NCBI GenBank assembly: GCA_963693105.1
Contig: OY843752.1
Span: forward strand, 776,646 to 840,645
Reading direction: 5' to 3'
Length of the DNA: 64,000 nucleotides
Source of the DNA: an uncultured candidatus Porisulfidus sp.
GTDB lineage: Bacteria > Pseudomonadota > Gammaproteobacteria > Poriferisulfidales > Oxydemutatoraceae
Shown here: positions 34,087 to 42,821 of the stretch, piece by piece
Numbering within the stretch: position 1 is the stretch's first letter
Layout: each line of letters begins with the position of its first letter
The notes under the pieces: generated by a model
Database searches by the model: none
Seen by the model: the letters and a program-made list of their open reading frames with translations, nothing else
Told to the model about the DNA's origin: nothing
Translations under genes and position numbers: made by a program

Positions 34087-34557
34087 TCAGTGGGTGAATT
34101 TTTTGGCCAATCTGCGTTTCTCGCGTTCCCATTCGCGCCGGCGCTCGTCGGCGCGCTTGTCGTGGGTGTGCTTGCCCCGGCCGAGGCCGAGTTCGAGTTT
34201 GGCGCGGTTTTTCTGCCAGTACATTTTCAGCGGCACCAGCGTGTAGCCCTTGCGTTCAAGCAGGCCGGTCAGGCGCGAGATTTCGCGCCGGTTCAGCAGC
34301 AGTTTGCGCGTTCGCGTCGGTTGCGCCTCGCTTTGCGTCGAGCAGTCGGGCAGCGGACTGATGTGCGCGCCGATCAGCCAGACCTCTCCGCTCTTGACCA
34401 GCGCGTAACTCTCTTTCAGGTGCGCGCGCTTCTGCCGCAGGCTCTTGACTTCCCATCCTTCGAGCACCAGGCCCGCCGTCAGGCGTTCCTCAATCGCGTA
34501 GTCGTGGGATGCACGTTGATTTTTGACGATCAGCGCCGGTGTTTTTGCCGCTTTCAT
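34087..34557 (-). CDS. smpB: SsrA-binding protein
   Basis: AGLVLEGWEVKSLR, RTRKLLL, GKHTHDKR. Confidence 0.96.
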   Translation of the reverse strand: MKAAKTPALIVKNQRASHDYAIEERLTAGLVLEGWEVKSLRQKRAHLKESYALVKSGEVWLIGAHISPLPDCSTQSEAQPTRTRKLLLNRREISRLTGLLERKGYTLVPLKMYWQKNRAKLELGLGRGKHTHDKRADERRREWEREKRRLAKKFTH

Positions 34558-34638
34558 TGAAACCAGTATAATGGCCTTGTTCCGCTGGAATCCGTGCATT
34601 ATAAATGCGCGAGCGGCGAACGGACGGAAAGACAGCGC

Positions 34639-35997
34639 ATGGCTTCAAACGCTCAACACCACATCCACGGCCAATGGACATCGCGCCTGGTGTTTATTTT
34701 CGCCGCCACCGGTTCCGCCGTCGGCCTGGGCAACATCTGGAAGTTTCCGTATATCGCCGGTGAAAACGGGGGCAGTTCCTTCGTATTGATTTATCTGGCG
34801 TGCGTGGTGTTCATCGCGCTGCCTATTCTGAGCGCCGAAATCCTGATTGGCCGGCACGGCAAGCGCAGTCCGATCACCGTGTTTCAACGCTTCCACCGCG
34901 ATTACGGAACGCCGTCGGTCTGGCGCTTCGTCGGCTGGCTCGGCGTGCTCGCCGGGTTTTTAGTCCTGTCGTATTACAGTGTCATCGCCGGCTGGGTCAT
35001 CGCCTACACCTTTCAGGCCGGCGCCGGCGCTTTCGCGAACGCAACCGCCGACAGCATCACCAGCAATTTCAACGACCTGGTAGGCGATCCCGAGCGCCTG
35101 ACCCTGTGGCACACCTTTTTCATGATACTGACGGTCGTCGTCCTGATGAACGGGATACACAAGGGAATCGAGCGGGTGGTCAAATACTTCATGCCGTTGC
35201 TACTGATTCTGATACTGGGGCTGATCTTCTACAATTTCTTCGTCGGCGACATGGCGCGCGCCCTTGGTTTCATGTTCTCGTTCGACTTCGACAAGGTCAC
35301 CGGGGAGACCGTGCTGGTGGCGCTGGGGCATGCCTTTTTCTCGCTGAGTCTCGGCATGGGCGCGATGATGGTTTACGGCTCGTACCTGCCGGACAGCGCG
35401 CCGTTGTTCGGCACCGCGGCCATTGTCGCTTTCGCGGACACGACGGTCGCGGTGCTGGCCGGTCTGATGGTTTTTCCGTTGCTGTTCGCCTTCGGCATGG
35501 AGCCGGCGCAGGGGGTCGGCCTGATATTCAAGACGCTGCCGCTTGCGTTTTCGCAGATGCCCGGCGGCACGATCTTCGGCACATTGTTCTTTTTCCTGCT
35601 GCTGATTGCGGCCTGGACTTCGGCTTTGTCGCTGCTGGAGCCGATCATCGCCTGGGCCGTCGAGCATCTTGCCTGGAGCCGCGCGAAAGCCGCCGTGACC
35701 GCGGGCATCGTCGTCTGGCTGATCGGGCTGGGCACGGTCTTTTCATTCAACGTGTGGCAGGACGTCAAGTTGTGGGACAGGACGGTGTTTGACCTGCTCG
35801 ATTACCTGACCTCCAACATCATGCTGCCGCTCGGCGGCCTGCTGATTGTTCTGTTCGTCGGCTGGATGCTTCCCGGCGCGGCGGTCCGGGCGGAAACCGG
35901 TTTCCGTAACGGGCATCTCTACCGTCTGTGGCGCGTGCTGGTCCGCTGGGTTGCGCCGGCTGCGGTACTGCTGATTCTGTTTCATCTGATTCGTTAA
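34639..35997 (+). CDS. Sodium-dependent transporter (NSS/SNF family)
   Basis: GSAVGLGNIWKFPY, AFFSLSLG. Confidence 0.93.
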   Translation: MASNAQHHIHGQWTSRLVFIFAATGSAVGLGNIWKFPYIAGENGGSSFVLIYLACVVFIALPILSAEILIGRHGKRSPITVFQRFHRDYGTPSVWRFVGWLGVLAGFLVLSYYSVIAGWVIAYTFQAGAGAFANATADSITSNFNDLVGDPERLTLWHTFFMILTVVVLMNGIHKGIERVVKYFMPLLLILILGLIFYNFFVGDMARALGFMFSFDFDKVTGETVLVALGHAFFSLSLGMGAMMVYGSYLPDSAPLFGTAAIVAFADTTVAVLAGLMVFPLLFAFGMEPAQGVGLIFKTLPLAFSQMPGGTIFGTLFFFLLLIAAWTSALSLLEPIIAWAVEHLAWSRAKAAVTAGIVVWLIGLGTVFSFNVWQDVKLWDRTVFDLLDYLTSNIMLPLGGLLIVLFVGWMLPGAAVRAETGFRNGHLYRLWRVLVRWVAPAAVLLILFHLIR

Positions 35998-36002
35998 ACC
36001 GC

Positions 36003-36446
36003 ATGAGCCGGGTGTCGAGAGAGGCCATCGTGCCCTACACCTGCGGCCAGATGTATGCGTTGGTCACCGACATCGGCGCCTACGACCGGTTTTTGCCGTG
36101 GTGTCGCGCCACCACGGTGGAGCCTCTTGCCGACGGCCGCGTGCGTGCGCGACTGGAAGTTCATCACGGCGGCATGGATTTGTCATTTGCGACCGTCAAC
36201 CGCAACACGCCGGCGCAAAGTGTCGAGATGGAACTGGCGGAAGGCCCCTTCAGGCAATTGCAGGGAGGTTGGCGTTTCACGCCGCTGGGCGATGACGGCT
36301 GCAAGATTGAGTTCACGATCGGCTTCGAGTTTGCCGCGCCGTTTTACAAAATTTTCCTGAACCGGTTTTTCAACCGGATTACCGCATCGTTGACGGACGC
36401 GTTCCTCGAACGCGCCAAAGTGGTTTATGGGCAGGATCGCGGTTGA
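36003..36446 (+). CDS. ratA: RatA/PasT (START/SRPBCC, Coq10-like) protein
   Basis: MYALVTDIGAYDRFLPWC, GPFRQLQGGWRF; conserved position near smpB. Confidence 0.9.
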   Translation: MSRVSREAIVPYTCGQMYALVTDIGAYDRFLPWCRATTVEPLADGRVRARLEVHHGGMDLSFATVNRNTPAQSVEMELAEGPFRQLQGGWRFTPLGDDGCKIEFTIGFEFAAPFYKIFLNRFFNRITASLTDAFLERAKVVYGQDRG

Positions 36447-36711
36447 GGTCGCCTACGTCGCGAGCGACCGGCAGCGTGTTGTCAGGCTGTCGGTCGAGCG
36501 GGGCAGTTGCGTCGGCGACGCCGTCCGTCTTTCCGGGCTGTGCGAAGAATTCCCCGACGTGGATCCCGCCCGCAATGCGGTGGGCCTGTTCGGACGCCGC
36601 GTCGCGCTGGACCGCGTGCTGGAGGAAGGCGACCGGGTCGAGATTTACCGCCCGCTACAACGCACCCCGATGGAGGCGCGCAGAATCCGCGCCCGCAAGT
36701 CCGGCGGATGA
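36427..36711 (+). CDS. rnfH: RnfH/RatB ubiquitin-like protein
   Basis: VEVAY, VGLFG, GDRVEIYRPL. Confidence 0.9.
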   Translation: MGRIAVEVAYVASDRQRVVRLSVERGSCVGDAVRLSGLCEEFPDVDPARNAVGLFGRRVALDRVLEEGDRVEIYRPLQRTPMEARRIRARKSGG

Positions 36712-36847
36712 CAGGGCAACACGAAACCTGTCTCCAAACGACAGTGTTCTGTTGTGGTATCCTGTGCTTGAGCAGGGGCACGGTGGCAGGTAGTAGCATC
36801 GCTGACGTAGCATGATTCGTGTTACCGGGAGATTCAGGGAATCCAGT

Positions 36848-37517
36848 ATGACTTTCGACAAGACATTCAGGACGTGTAATGAGGCAATGTCCAGACTTTT
36901 TTCATTCCGTATTAAATGCTTCAGGGATTATGTGTATATCTCTATCCCTAGAACAGGAAGTTCTACAGTCATTGATATTTGCGGGTATGTTCATTGGAGG
37001 GGCCACTGGCGTCATGAGTCAGCTCAGCGCATCATTGAGAGAATAGGGAGTCAAAGTTGGGAGAAAAAATTTACTTTTACATTCGTCAGAAATCCTTATG
37101 CAAGAGTAGTTTCAGAATATTTTACATTTGGTCCCGGGACTGTTTGTGATTCGAAAACTCATTTCCGGCATTGGGCAAGATGCTTTTTCTCCGCGGAGTT
37201 ATATCCATACAAAAATTTACTAAGGAATCGCTGGAATCAAGTTCAATATATAACGAACAATGAGGGGAAGATACTTGTAGATTTTGTAGGAAAACTTGAA
37301 AACATTGAAGAAGACATGAGAGTTGTTTGTGAACGGTTGAATATCCCATTCTCGTACGTTCCACATCTCAATAAGGCCCGGGTTTCCCGTGATTACAGAG
37401 AGTATTACAATGATAAAACCAGGGAAGTTGTGGGAAACTGGTTCCGTGAGGATTTGGAGCAGTTTGGCTACGACTTTGACGGACTGGAGACCCCCCCCCC
37501 CCCCCCCCCCCCCCTGA
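36848..37517 (+). CDS. AT-rich sulfotransferase (Sulfotransfer_2/carbohydrate sulfotransferase-like); start uncertain, 3' end depends on the poly-C length
   Basis: ISIPRTGSST, FTFVRNPYARVVSEY, VDFVGKLENIEED, YREYY, DLEQFGYDF; similarity ends at the C24 run. Confidence 0.8.
37491..37514. repeat. C24 homopolymer
   Basis: 24 consecutive C at the boundary between AT-rich and GC-rich sequence. Confidence 0.95.
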
Positions 37518-37522
37518 TGCGA

Positions 37523-38368
37523 TTATTCCGGTTTGTCCTCGCGCACCCGCCAGAACACGGGAAAGCGCGGCAGCCCGTTGACGGTGCGGCCCTGATGCCT
37601 GAATGTGATAACGGCGCCGATGGGCGGCGGGTTTTTGCGCTGCGCATCGGTGAAACCGCTGCCGATTTTGAATTGCAGGCCGTCTTGTGTCTTGACCGTG
37701 ACGCTTCCGGTCATGCCGACGAATTTGCCTTTGCCGGGATGGTGCGCGACAACCCGCGCCTCGGCGTCGTCGAATTTCTTGAATTTCAGCAGATTGGCGG
37801 AACGTCCGCCACGGTAACGGGACTTGCCGTGGCGCAGCATCAGCCCTTCGCCGCCGGCGGCGGTGATGGCGTCGAGTCTTTCCACCAGGGCGGTGTGGCT
37901 GGACACTTTTTCCTGCCCCACGACCTCCAGGTACGGACTCGCGGCTGCCGCTGCAAGCGCGCGCAATTTCGCCAGCCGCTTGTCGAAAGCACCGGCGGCC
38001 GGCAGATCGAAGACCTTGTAGCGCACCTGCCGCCATCCTTCATGCGGCGCGGCGCGGGTCACGATGGAGGCGGTTTTGGCAAAAAGCCCGCGCCCGGTCC
38101 ACAACTCGCCGTCGAGCGGCGTCCGGGGAAAACCGGCCACAAACCAGGACGGCGCGGCGAAGCGTTTGCCGCCGCGTGATATCAGCCTCGCGCCGTCCCA
38201 GCGCGCGCGCACGCCGTCAAACTTCTCGCTGACCCAGTATTCCTGGAGTTCAATTCCACGGGTGTATTTCTTCGCCAGAGGAAAGTCCGACGCGTGAATC
38301 GGCGCGACGGCGAGCGCCGCGATCATCCACGCAAGGCCGGCGGCGGTTTTTTTCAGTTTCCGGTTCAT
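37523..38368 (-). CDS. Minimal ATP-dependent DNA ligase with signal peptide (Lig E type)
   Basis: Sec signal MNRKLKK...IHA; motif I SEKFDGVRA, LDGELW, EGLMLR, LLKFK, OB domain FKIGSGF...PRFP. Confidence 0.9.
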   Translation of the reverse strand: MNRKLKKTAAGLAWMIAALAVAPIHASDFPLAKKYTRGIELQEYWVSEKFDGVRARWDGARLISRGGKRFAAPSWFVAGFPRTPLDGELWTGRGLFAKTASIVTRAAPHEGWRQVRYKVFDLPAAGAFDKRLAKLRALAAAAASPYLEVVGQEKVSSHTALVERLDAITAAGGEGLMLRHGKSRYRGGRSANLLKFKKFDDAEARVVAHHPGKGKFVGMTGSVTVKTQDGLQFKIGSGFTDAQRKNPPPIGAVITFRHQGRTVNGLPRFPVFWRVREDKPE

Positions 38369-38458
38369 GGCCGGGAGGATTGCGGAAAACAGCGCTGGGC
38401 GCGGTTTTCAGGGGATGAACGGTATCAAACAGCCGACGAATGACCGGCCGTTCGGGCC

Positions 38459-38857
38459 TCAGGCCGGTTTTTGAGGCTGTTGCGGTTTCGGTTTCGGTTT
38501 GCGAACGCGCACGACGCGGTCGCCGTCGAAGAACAATGTCAGCCGGTATTCCTTGTTTTCCTTCTGCAACGAGTCCAGGTAGTAAATGTAATCCCAGCGG
38601 TCCCGGTGGAACATGCTGGGCAGCACCGGGTTGCCGAGCAGATAGACGACCTGCTCCCTGGTCAGTCCCGGCTTGACGCGTGCGATGGTTTTTTCATCCA
38701 GCAGGTTGCCTTGCGAGATGTCCATCCTGTAGAAGCGGTAGGAATCGCTTGAAAAGGCTTTTTTGAAATAGCCCCCGGCTTCCGTGAAAAGGTTGCCGGA
38801 ACAGGCGCCGAGCAGCAACGACGCCGCCAGAATCAGCGGTTTTTGCGCGTTCGGCAT
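38459..38857 (-). CDS. bamE: Outer-membrane assembly lipoprotein BamE (SmpA/OmlA)
   Basis: Lipobox LLGAC, DISQGN, GLTREQV.YLLGNP, RWDYIY; divergent from fur. Confidence 0.92.
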   Translation of the reverse strand: MPNAQKPLILAASLLLGACSGNLFTEAGGYFKKAFSSDSYRFYRMDISQGNLLDEKTIARVKPGLTREQVVYLLGNPVLPSMFHRDRWDYIYYLDSLQKENKEYRLTLFFDGDRVVRVRKPKPKPQQPQKPA

Positions 38858-38928
38858 GGGTTTCTTTCCGCCGGGTGGCCTGGATGATAACATTCCCCTA
38901 TTGTACACCGCCGCTCCACAGCACAATA

Positions 38929-39369
38929 ATGCACAAGCAAGATCTTAAAAAAGCCGGTCTCAAAGTGACCATTCCCCGCATGAGGATACTGGAGATTATG
39001 GAATGTTCGGAGGAGCATCACATGACGGCCGAGGACATTTACCGCAAACTCCTCGAGGACAAGGAGGAAATCGGTCTGGCGACGGTGTACCGGGTGCTGA
39101 CCCAGTTTGAATCCGCCGGCATCGTCATGCGCCACCACTTCTCCGAGAAAGGCTCGGCTTGTTATGAACTGGATCACGGCGGCCACCACGACCACATGGT
39201 TTGCATCCAGTGCGGAGAGATCACCGAATTCATGGACGACACGATTGAACGGCGCCAGCGCGAAATCGCCGACAGGCACGGCTACTCGATCAGCGACCAT
39301 TCGCTGGTGATGTACGTGGATTGCCTCGACCAGGATTGTAAAAACCGCGACCGCGCCAAGAGCCGCTGA
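38929..39369 (+). CDS. fur: Ferric uptake regulator
   Basis: GLKVTIPR, IGLATVYRVL, HHDHMVCIQCG. Confidence 0.96.
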   Translation: MHKQDLKKAGLKVTIPRMRILEIMECSEEHHMTAEDIYRKLLEDKEEIGLATVYRVLTQFESAGIVMRHHFSEKGSACYELDHGGHHDHMVCIQCGEITEFMDDTIERRQREIADRHGYSISDHSLVMYVDCLDQDCKNRDRAKSR

Positions 39370-39384
39370 CACCGGCCGGTTGTC

Positions 39385-41073
39385 TTATGAAAGCGGCGAA
39401 TCCGCCGCCGTTTCGCCGAGCATCTGCCTGGCGTGCTCCAGCGATTGTTTCGTGATTTTTTCACCCGCCATCATGCGCGCGATTTCAACGCGCCGTTCCT
39501 GCCCGGCGAGTTTTTCCAGTTGCACGCGGGTTTGCGCGTCCTGCTCCTTGATTACGCGGTAATGGTGGGCCGCGTGGCTTGCAACCTGCGGCAAGTGCGT
39601 GATGCAAAACACCTGCGCCCGCCGGCTGATGGCCTGCAACAGACGCCCGACCGTTTCAGCGGTGGCGCCGCCGACGCCACTGTCCACTTCGTCGAAAATC
39701 AGCACCGGCATCGGGCGTTTCTCGGACAGCGCCATTTGCAGCGCCAGACTGATTCGCGACAACTCGCCGCCCGAAGCGGTTCTGGTCAGCGGTTGCAGGT
39801 TCTGGCCGGGATTGGCGCGGATCATGAATTCGGCGCGTTCCCGCCCCGACGGCCTCGGCGTTTCGTCGTCGTCGTCCATGAAGCGCACCTTGAATTCGGC
39901 TTTTGCCAGGTTCAGCTTTTGCAGGGTTGCGACGACGTTCTTTTCGAGCGCGCCGGCTGTTTTGCGGCGGCGTTCGCTGACGCCCGCCGCCAGTTTGCGG
40001 TATTGTTTTTCCAGTTCGGCGCGTTCGTGCCGGAGTTTTTCCGGGTCCGTCTCCGGGTCGTCGAGTTTTTCAAGTTCCGCGCGCGCGTATTCGAGCTGCC
40101 CGGGCAGCCCGGCGGGTTGTGTCCGGTATTTGTCCGCCAACACCGACAGGCGGCTGATGCGTTGTTCGAGTTGCGCGAAGTACTCGTCCGAGACCTCGAT
40201 TCGTTCGAGCGCGTCGCGAATTTCGCGTGACGCCTCGCCGGTTTGCTCAAGTGCCGCCGCGACCAGTTCGCCCGCCGCCGCCAGCTGCGGGTCGGTATCG
40301 CGCAGTTTTTCAATGACACCGGCCGCTTTGCCCAGCAGCGTTGCGGCGTCGGCGCCGTCGTCGTCGTCGAGGAGGGTGTGGGTCTCGTGGAGCGCGCTTT
40401 TGAGGCTCTCCTTTTTTGACAGCAGGCGGTGTTCGCGCTCCAGTTCCTCGAATTCGCCCGGCTTGATTCCGCTCTCCTCAAGTTCCTCGACCTGCCGGCT
40501 CAGCCATTCGCGCCGGTCCGCCAGTTCCCGCGCGTTCTCGGCCTGCCTGTCGAGCAGCGTTCCGGTTTCCCTCCAACGCCGCGACAGTTGCCCGATTTTC
40601 AGCAGCTGGTCGTTGTGGCCGCACTGTGAATCGAGCAGATACAGGTGCTTGTCCCGGCTCAGCAGCATCTGGTGCGCGTTCTGGCCGACGATGTCAATCA
40701 GGTGCGAGGTAATCTCCCTGAGTTGCCCCAGCGTCGCCGGCTGGCCGTTGATGTAGGCCTGCGAGCGCCCGTCGGCGCCGATGGTGCGCCGCAGGATGCA
40801 GCTGCCGTCCGCCTGCGCCAGTTCGCGTTGTTCAAGCCATGCGCTGGCGTTCGGTATGTCGCCGACATCGAAAACCAGGCTGATGGAAAGCCTGCGAGCG
40901 CCCGGTCGGACAAGCCGCGTTTGCGCGCGTTTGCCGAGGGCGAGTTCAATCGCATCAATGAGGATGGATTTGCCGGCGCCCGTCTCGCCGGTCAGCACCG
41001 ACAGGCCGGCGTCAAATCCGACTTCCAGCCGGTCTATGATGGCAAGGTTCTCAATTGCCAGTGTTTTCAACAT
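39385..41073 (-). CDS. recN: DNA repair protein RecN
   Basis: TGETGAGKS, ASGGELSR, IFDEVD, CITHLPQVA. Confidence 0.96.
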   Translation of the reverse strand: MLKTLAIENLAIIDRLEVGFDAGLSVLTGETGAGKSILIDAIELALGKRAQTRLVRPGARRLSISLVFDVGDIPNASAWLEQRELAQADGSCILRRTIGADGRSQAYINGQPATLGQLREITSHLIDIVGQNAHQMLLSRDKHLYLLDSQCGHNDQLLKIGQLSRRWRETGTLLDRQAENARELADRREWLSRQVEELEESGIKPGEFEELEREHRLLSKKESLKSALHETHTLLDDDDGADAATLLGKAAGVIEKLRDTDPQLAAAGELVAAALEQTGEASREIRDALERIEVSDEYFAQLEQRISRLSVLADKYRTQPAGLPGQLEYARAELEKLDDPETDPEKLRHERAELEKQYRKLAAGVSERRRKTAGALEKNVVATLQKLNLAKAEFKVRFMDDDDETPRPSGRERAEFMIRANPGQNLQPLTRTASGGELSRISLALQMALSEKRPMPVLIFDEVDSGVGGATAETVGRLLQAISRRAQVFCITHLPQVASHAAHHYRVIKEQDAQTRVQLEKLAGQERRVEIARMMAGEKITKQSLEHARQMLGETAADSPLS

Positions 41074-41085
41074 CGCCTTCGCCGG

Positions 41086-41967
41086 TCAGAGTTTTTCACT
41101 CCACTTGAGTTTGGTTCTGAGGGTGCCGAAATAATTGTGCTCGACCGGCTGAATCAATTTCAGCTTGTGTTTCAGAGGCCGGGTCACGACCTTGTCTCCT
41201 GCGTCCAGATCGCACCGGATTTGCCCGTCAATCGCCAGCACCGCCTTGTCCGACGCCGGCACCGTCACCTCGATGATTTCCCTGGAATGGACAACCAGCG
41301 GCCGGTGGCTCAGCGTGTGCGGGCAGATGGGCACAATCAGCGTCGCCTCGATGGTCGGTTCAAGCAGTGGGCCGCCGCTCGACAAGGCGTAGGCGGTGGA
41401 GCCGGTCGGGGTCGCGATGATGATGCCGTCCGACCAGATGGTGTTCAGGAAAACGCCGTCAATGGTCGTTTCGAGCTCGATCATGCGCGCCGGGTTCTTG
41501 TTGCGGATTGTGACGTCGTTGCACGCGGCAAAGCGTTCGAGGCAATCGTCGTTTCGAAGATGCAGCGCGTCCAGCATGGCGCGTTCTTCAAGGTGGTAGC
41601 GACCGGCGAAAATCGCGTTGAGCTGGTCGCGGAATTTGTCCGGCGGAATTTCAACGAGAAAGCCGAGCCGCCCCAGATTAATGCCGATAATGGGAACGTC
41701 GTGGGCGGCACAGATATGTCCCGCCTTCAACAGGGTGCCGTCGCCGCCGACGGCGATGACCAGGTCGCAACGCTTCGCCATTTCTTCACGGGACGTGAAT
41801 TCAATCTCCTCGCGCGCGGTGATGCACTCCCGGTCCTCCGCGCAGATGGTCAGCAGGTCGAAGCGTTCGAGAAGATACGAGCCCAGGCGGTCGGCGAGCT
41901 GGTGCACTTCCTCTTCGCTGTGCTTGAGCACCAGGCCGACCTGCCTGACTTTGCGGATGTCTTTCAT
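41086..41967 (-). CDS. nadK: NAD kinase
   Basis: GGDGTLL, GINLGRLGFL, ATPTGSTAYALSSGGP. Confidence 0.95.
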   Translation of the reverse strand: MKDIRKVRQVGLVLKHSEEEVHQLADRLGSYLLERFDLLTICAEDRECITAREEIEFTSREEMAKRCDLVIAVGGDGTLLKAGHICAAHDVPIIGINLGRLGFLVEIPPDKFRDQLNAIFAGRYHLEERAMLDALHLRNDDCLERFAACNDVTIRNKNPARMIELETTIDGVFLNTIWSDGIIIATPTGSTAYALSSGGPLLEPTIEATLIVPICPHTLSHRPLVVHSREIIEVTVPASDKAVLAIDGQIRCDLDAGDKVVTRPLKHKLKLIQPVEHNYFGTLRTKLKWSEKL

Positions 41968-42124
41968 GGATTGTTCTGTCTTTTGCGAGGGTGATATACA
42001 GGCGCCATGATGTGGAGCATGGGCGGGGATGTCAAATGACAGCCCCGTGCTCGCGGCGTGCTGCTGTAGTACATTGATTGCCCATGCAAATAAGGATTCC
42101 CGCTCTTTTCGTGCCGTCGCCGCC

Positions 42125-42153
42125 CTTGAAACCACTTGAAGCGTTCTCCATAT
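42125..42153 (+). promoter_or_regulatory. Sigma-32 (RpoH)-type promoter of grpE
   Basis: CTTGAA-N15-CTCCATAT versus consensus CTTGAA-N13-17-CCCCATNT. Confidence 0.65.
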
Positions 42154-42184
42154 ATTACCTTCACGGGCCGCCGGAAGGAACCGT

Positions 42185-42757
42185 ATGAACGATTCGAAAC
42201 AACAAGAGGATGCCCTGGAAGAGGGACAGGCCGGCGAATCTCCGGAGGATTTGCGCGCGCGGCTTCAGGAAGCCGAACAGCGGGCCGCCGACAATGAGGA
42301 CAAGTGGATTCGCGCCCGGGCCGAAATGGAGAACCTGCGAAAGCGCGGTGAACGCCAGCTGGATCAGGCGAGGAAATACGCGGTGGAGGGATTTGCTGTC
42401 GAGATGCTTGCCGTCAAGGACAGTCTTGAACTGACCCTGCACGGCGGTGCTGGCGGGCCCGAGGCCGAAAAGCACCGGGAGGGCGTCGAGTTGACCCTGA
42501 GAGTTCTGCAGCAGGCGTTTGACAAGTTCGAGATAGAGGAAATCGACCCGCAGGGCGAGGTCTTCAATCCCGACCGCCATCAGGCGATGCTGACGCAGCC
42601 GAGCGCGGCGCATCCGCCGGGCACGGTGTTGAGCGTGATGCAAAAAGGCTACCTGCTGTGCGGGCGGCTGTTGCGCCCGGCGATGGTGGCGGTGGTTGGC
42701 GCGGCGCCCGATGAAAACAGCGGAAACGCGGAAAATCAGGAAAATAAAGACTCTTGA
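42185..42757 (+). CDS. grpE: Nucleotide exchange factor GrpE
   Basis: RARAEMENLRKR, FNPDRHQA, QKGY...RLLRPAMV. Confidence 0.96.
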   Translation: MNDSKQQEDALEEGQAGESPEDLRARLQEAEQRAADNEDKWIRARAEMENLRKRGERQLDQARKYAVEGFAVEMLAVKDSLELTLHGGAGGPEAEKHREGVELTLRVLQQAFDKFEIEEIDPQGEVFNPDRHQAMLTQPSAAHPPGTVLSVMQKGYLLCGRLLRPAMVAVVGAAPDENSGNAENQENKDS

Positions 42758-42761
42758 AAGG

Positions 42762-42788
42762 CTTGAAAAACCGGATTTCCCCCCATAT
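42762..42788 (+). promoter_or_regulatory. Sigma-32 (RpoH)-type promoter of dnaK
   Basis: CTTGAA-N13-CCCCATAT, a consensus match. Confidence 0.85.
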
Positions 42789-42821
42789 TTCAATATGTAC
42801 AAACCGTAGAGGAGACAGGGC

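Noticed and set aside
36003-36711. ratA-rnfH as a novel toxin-antitoxin or defence system
   Set aside because: Conserved housekeeping pair at its usual smpB-bamE position
37515-38179. C-terminal 220 aa of the 455-aa ORF 36812..38179 as a real domain
   Set aside because: It is the antisense of the ligase gene and is reached only through the poly-C frame
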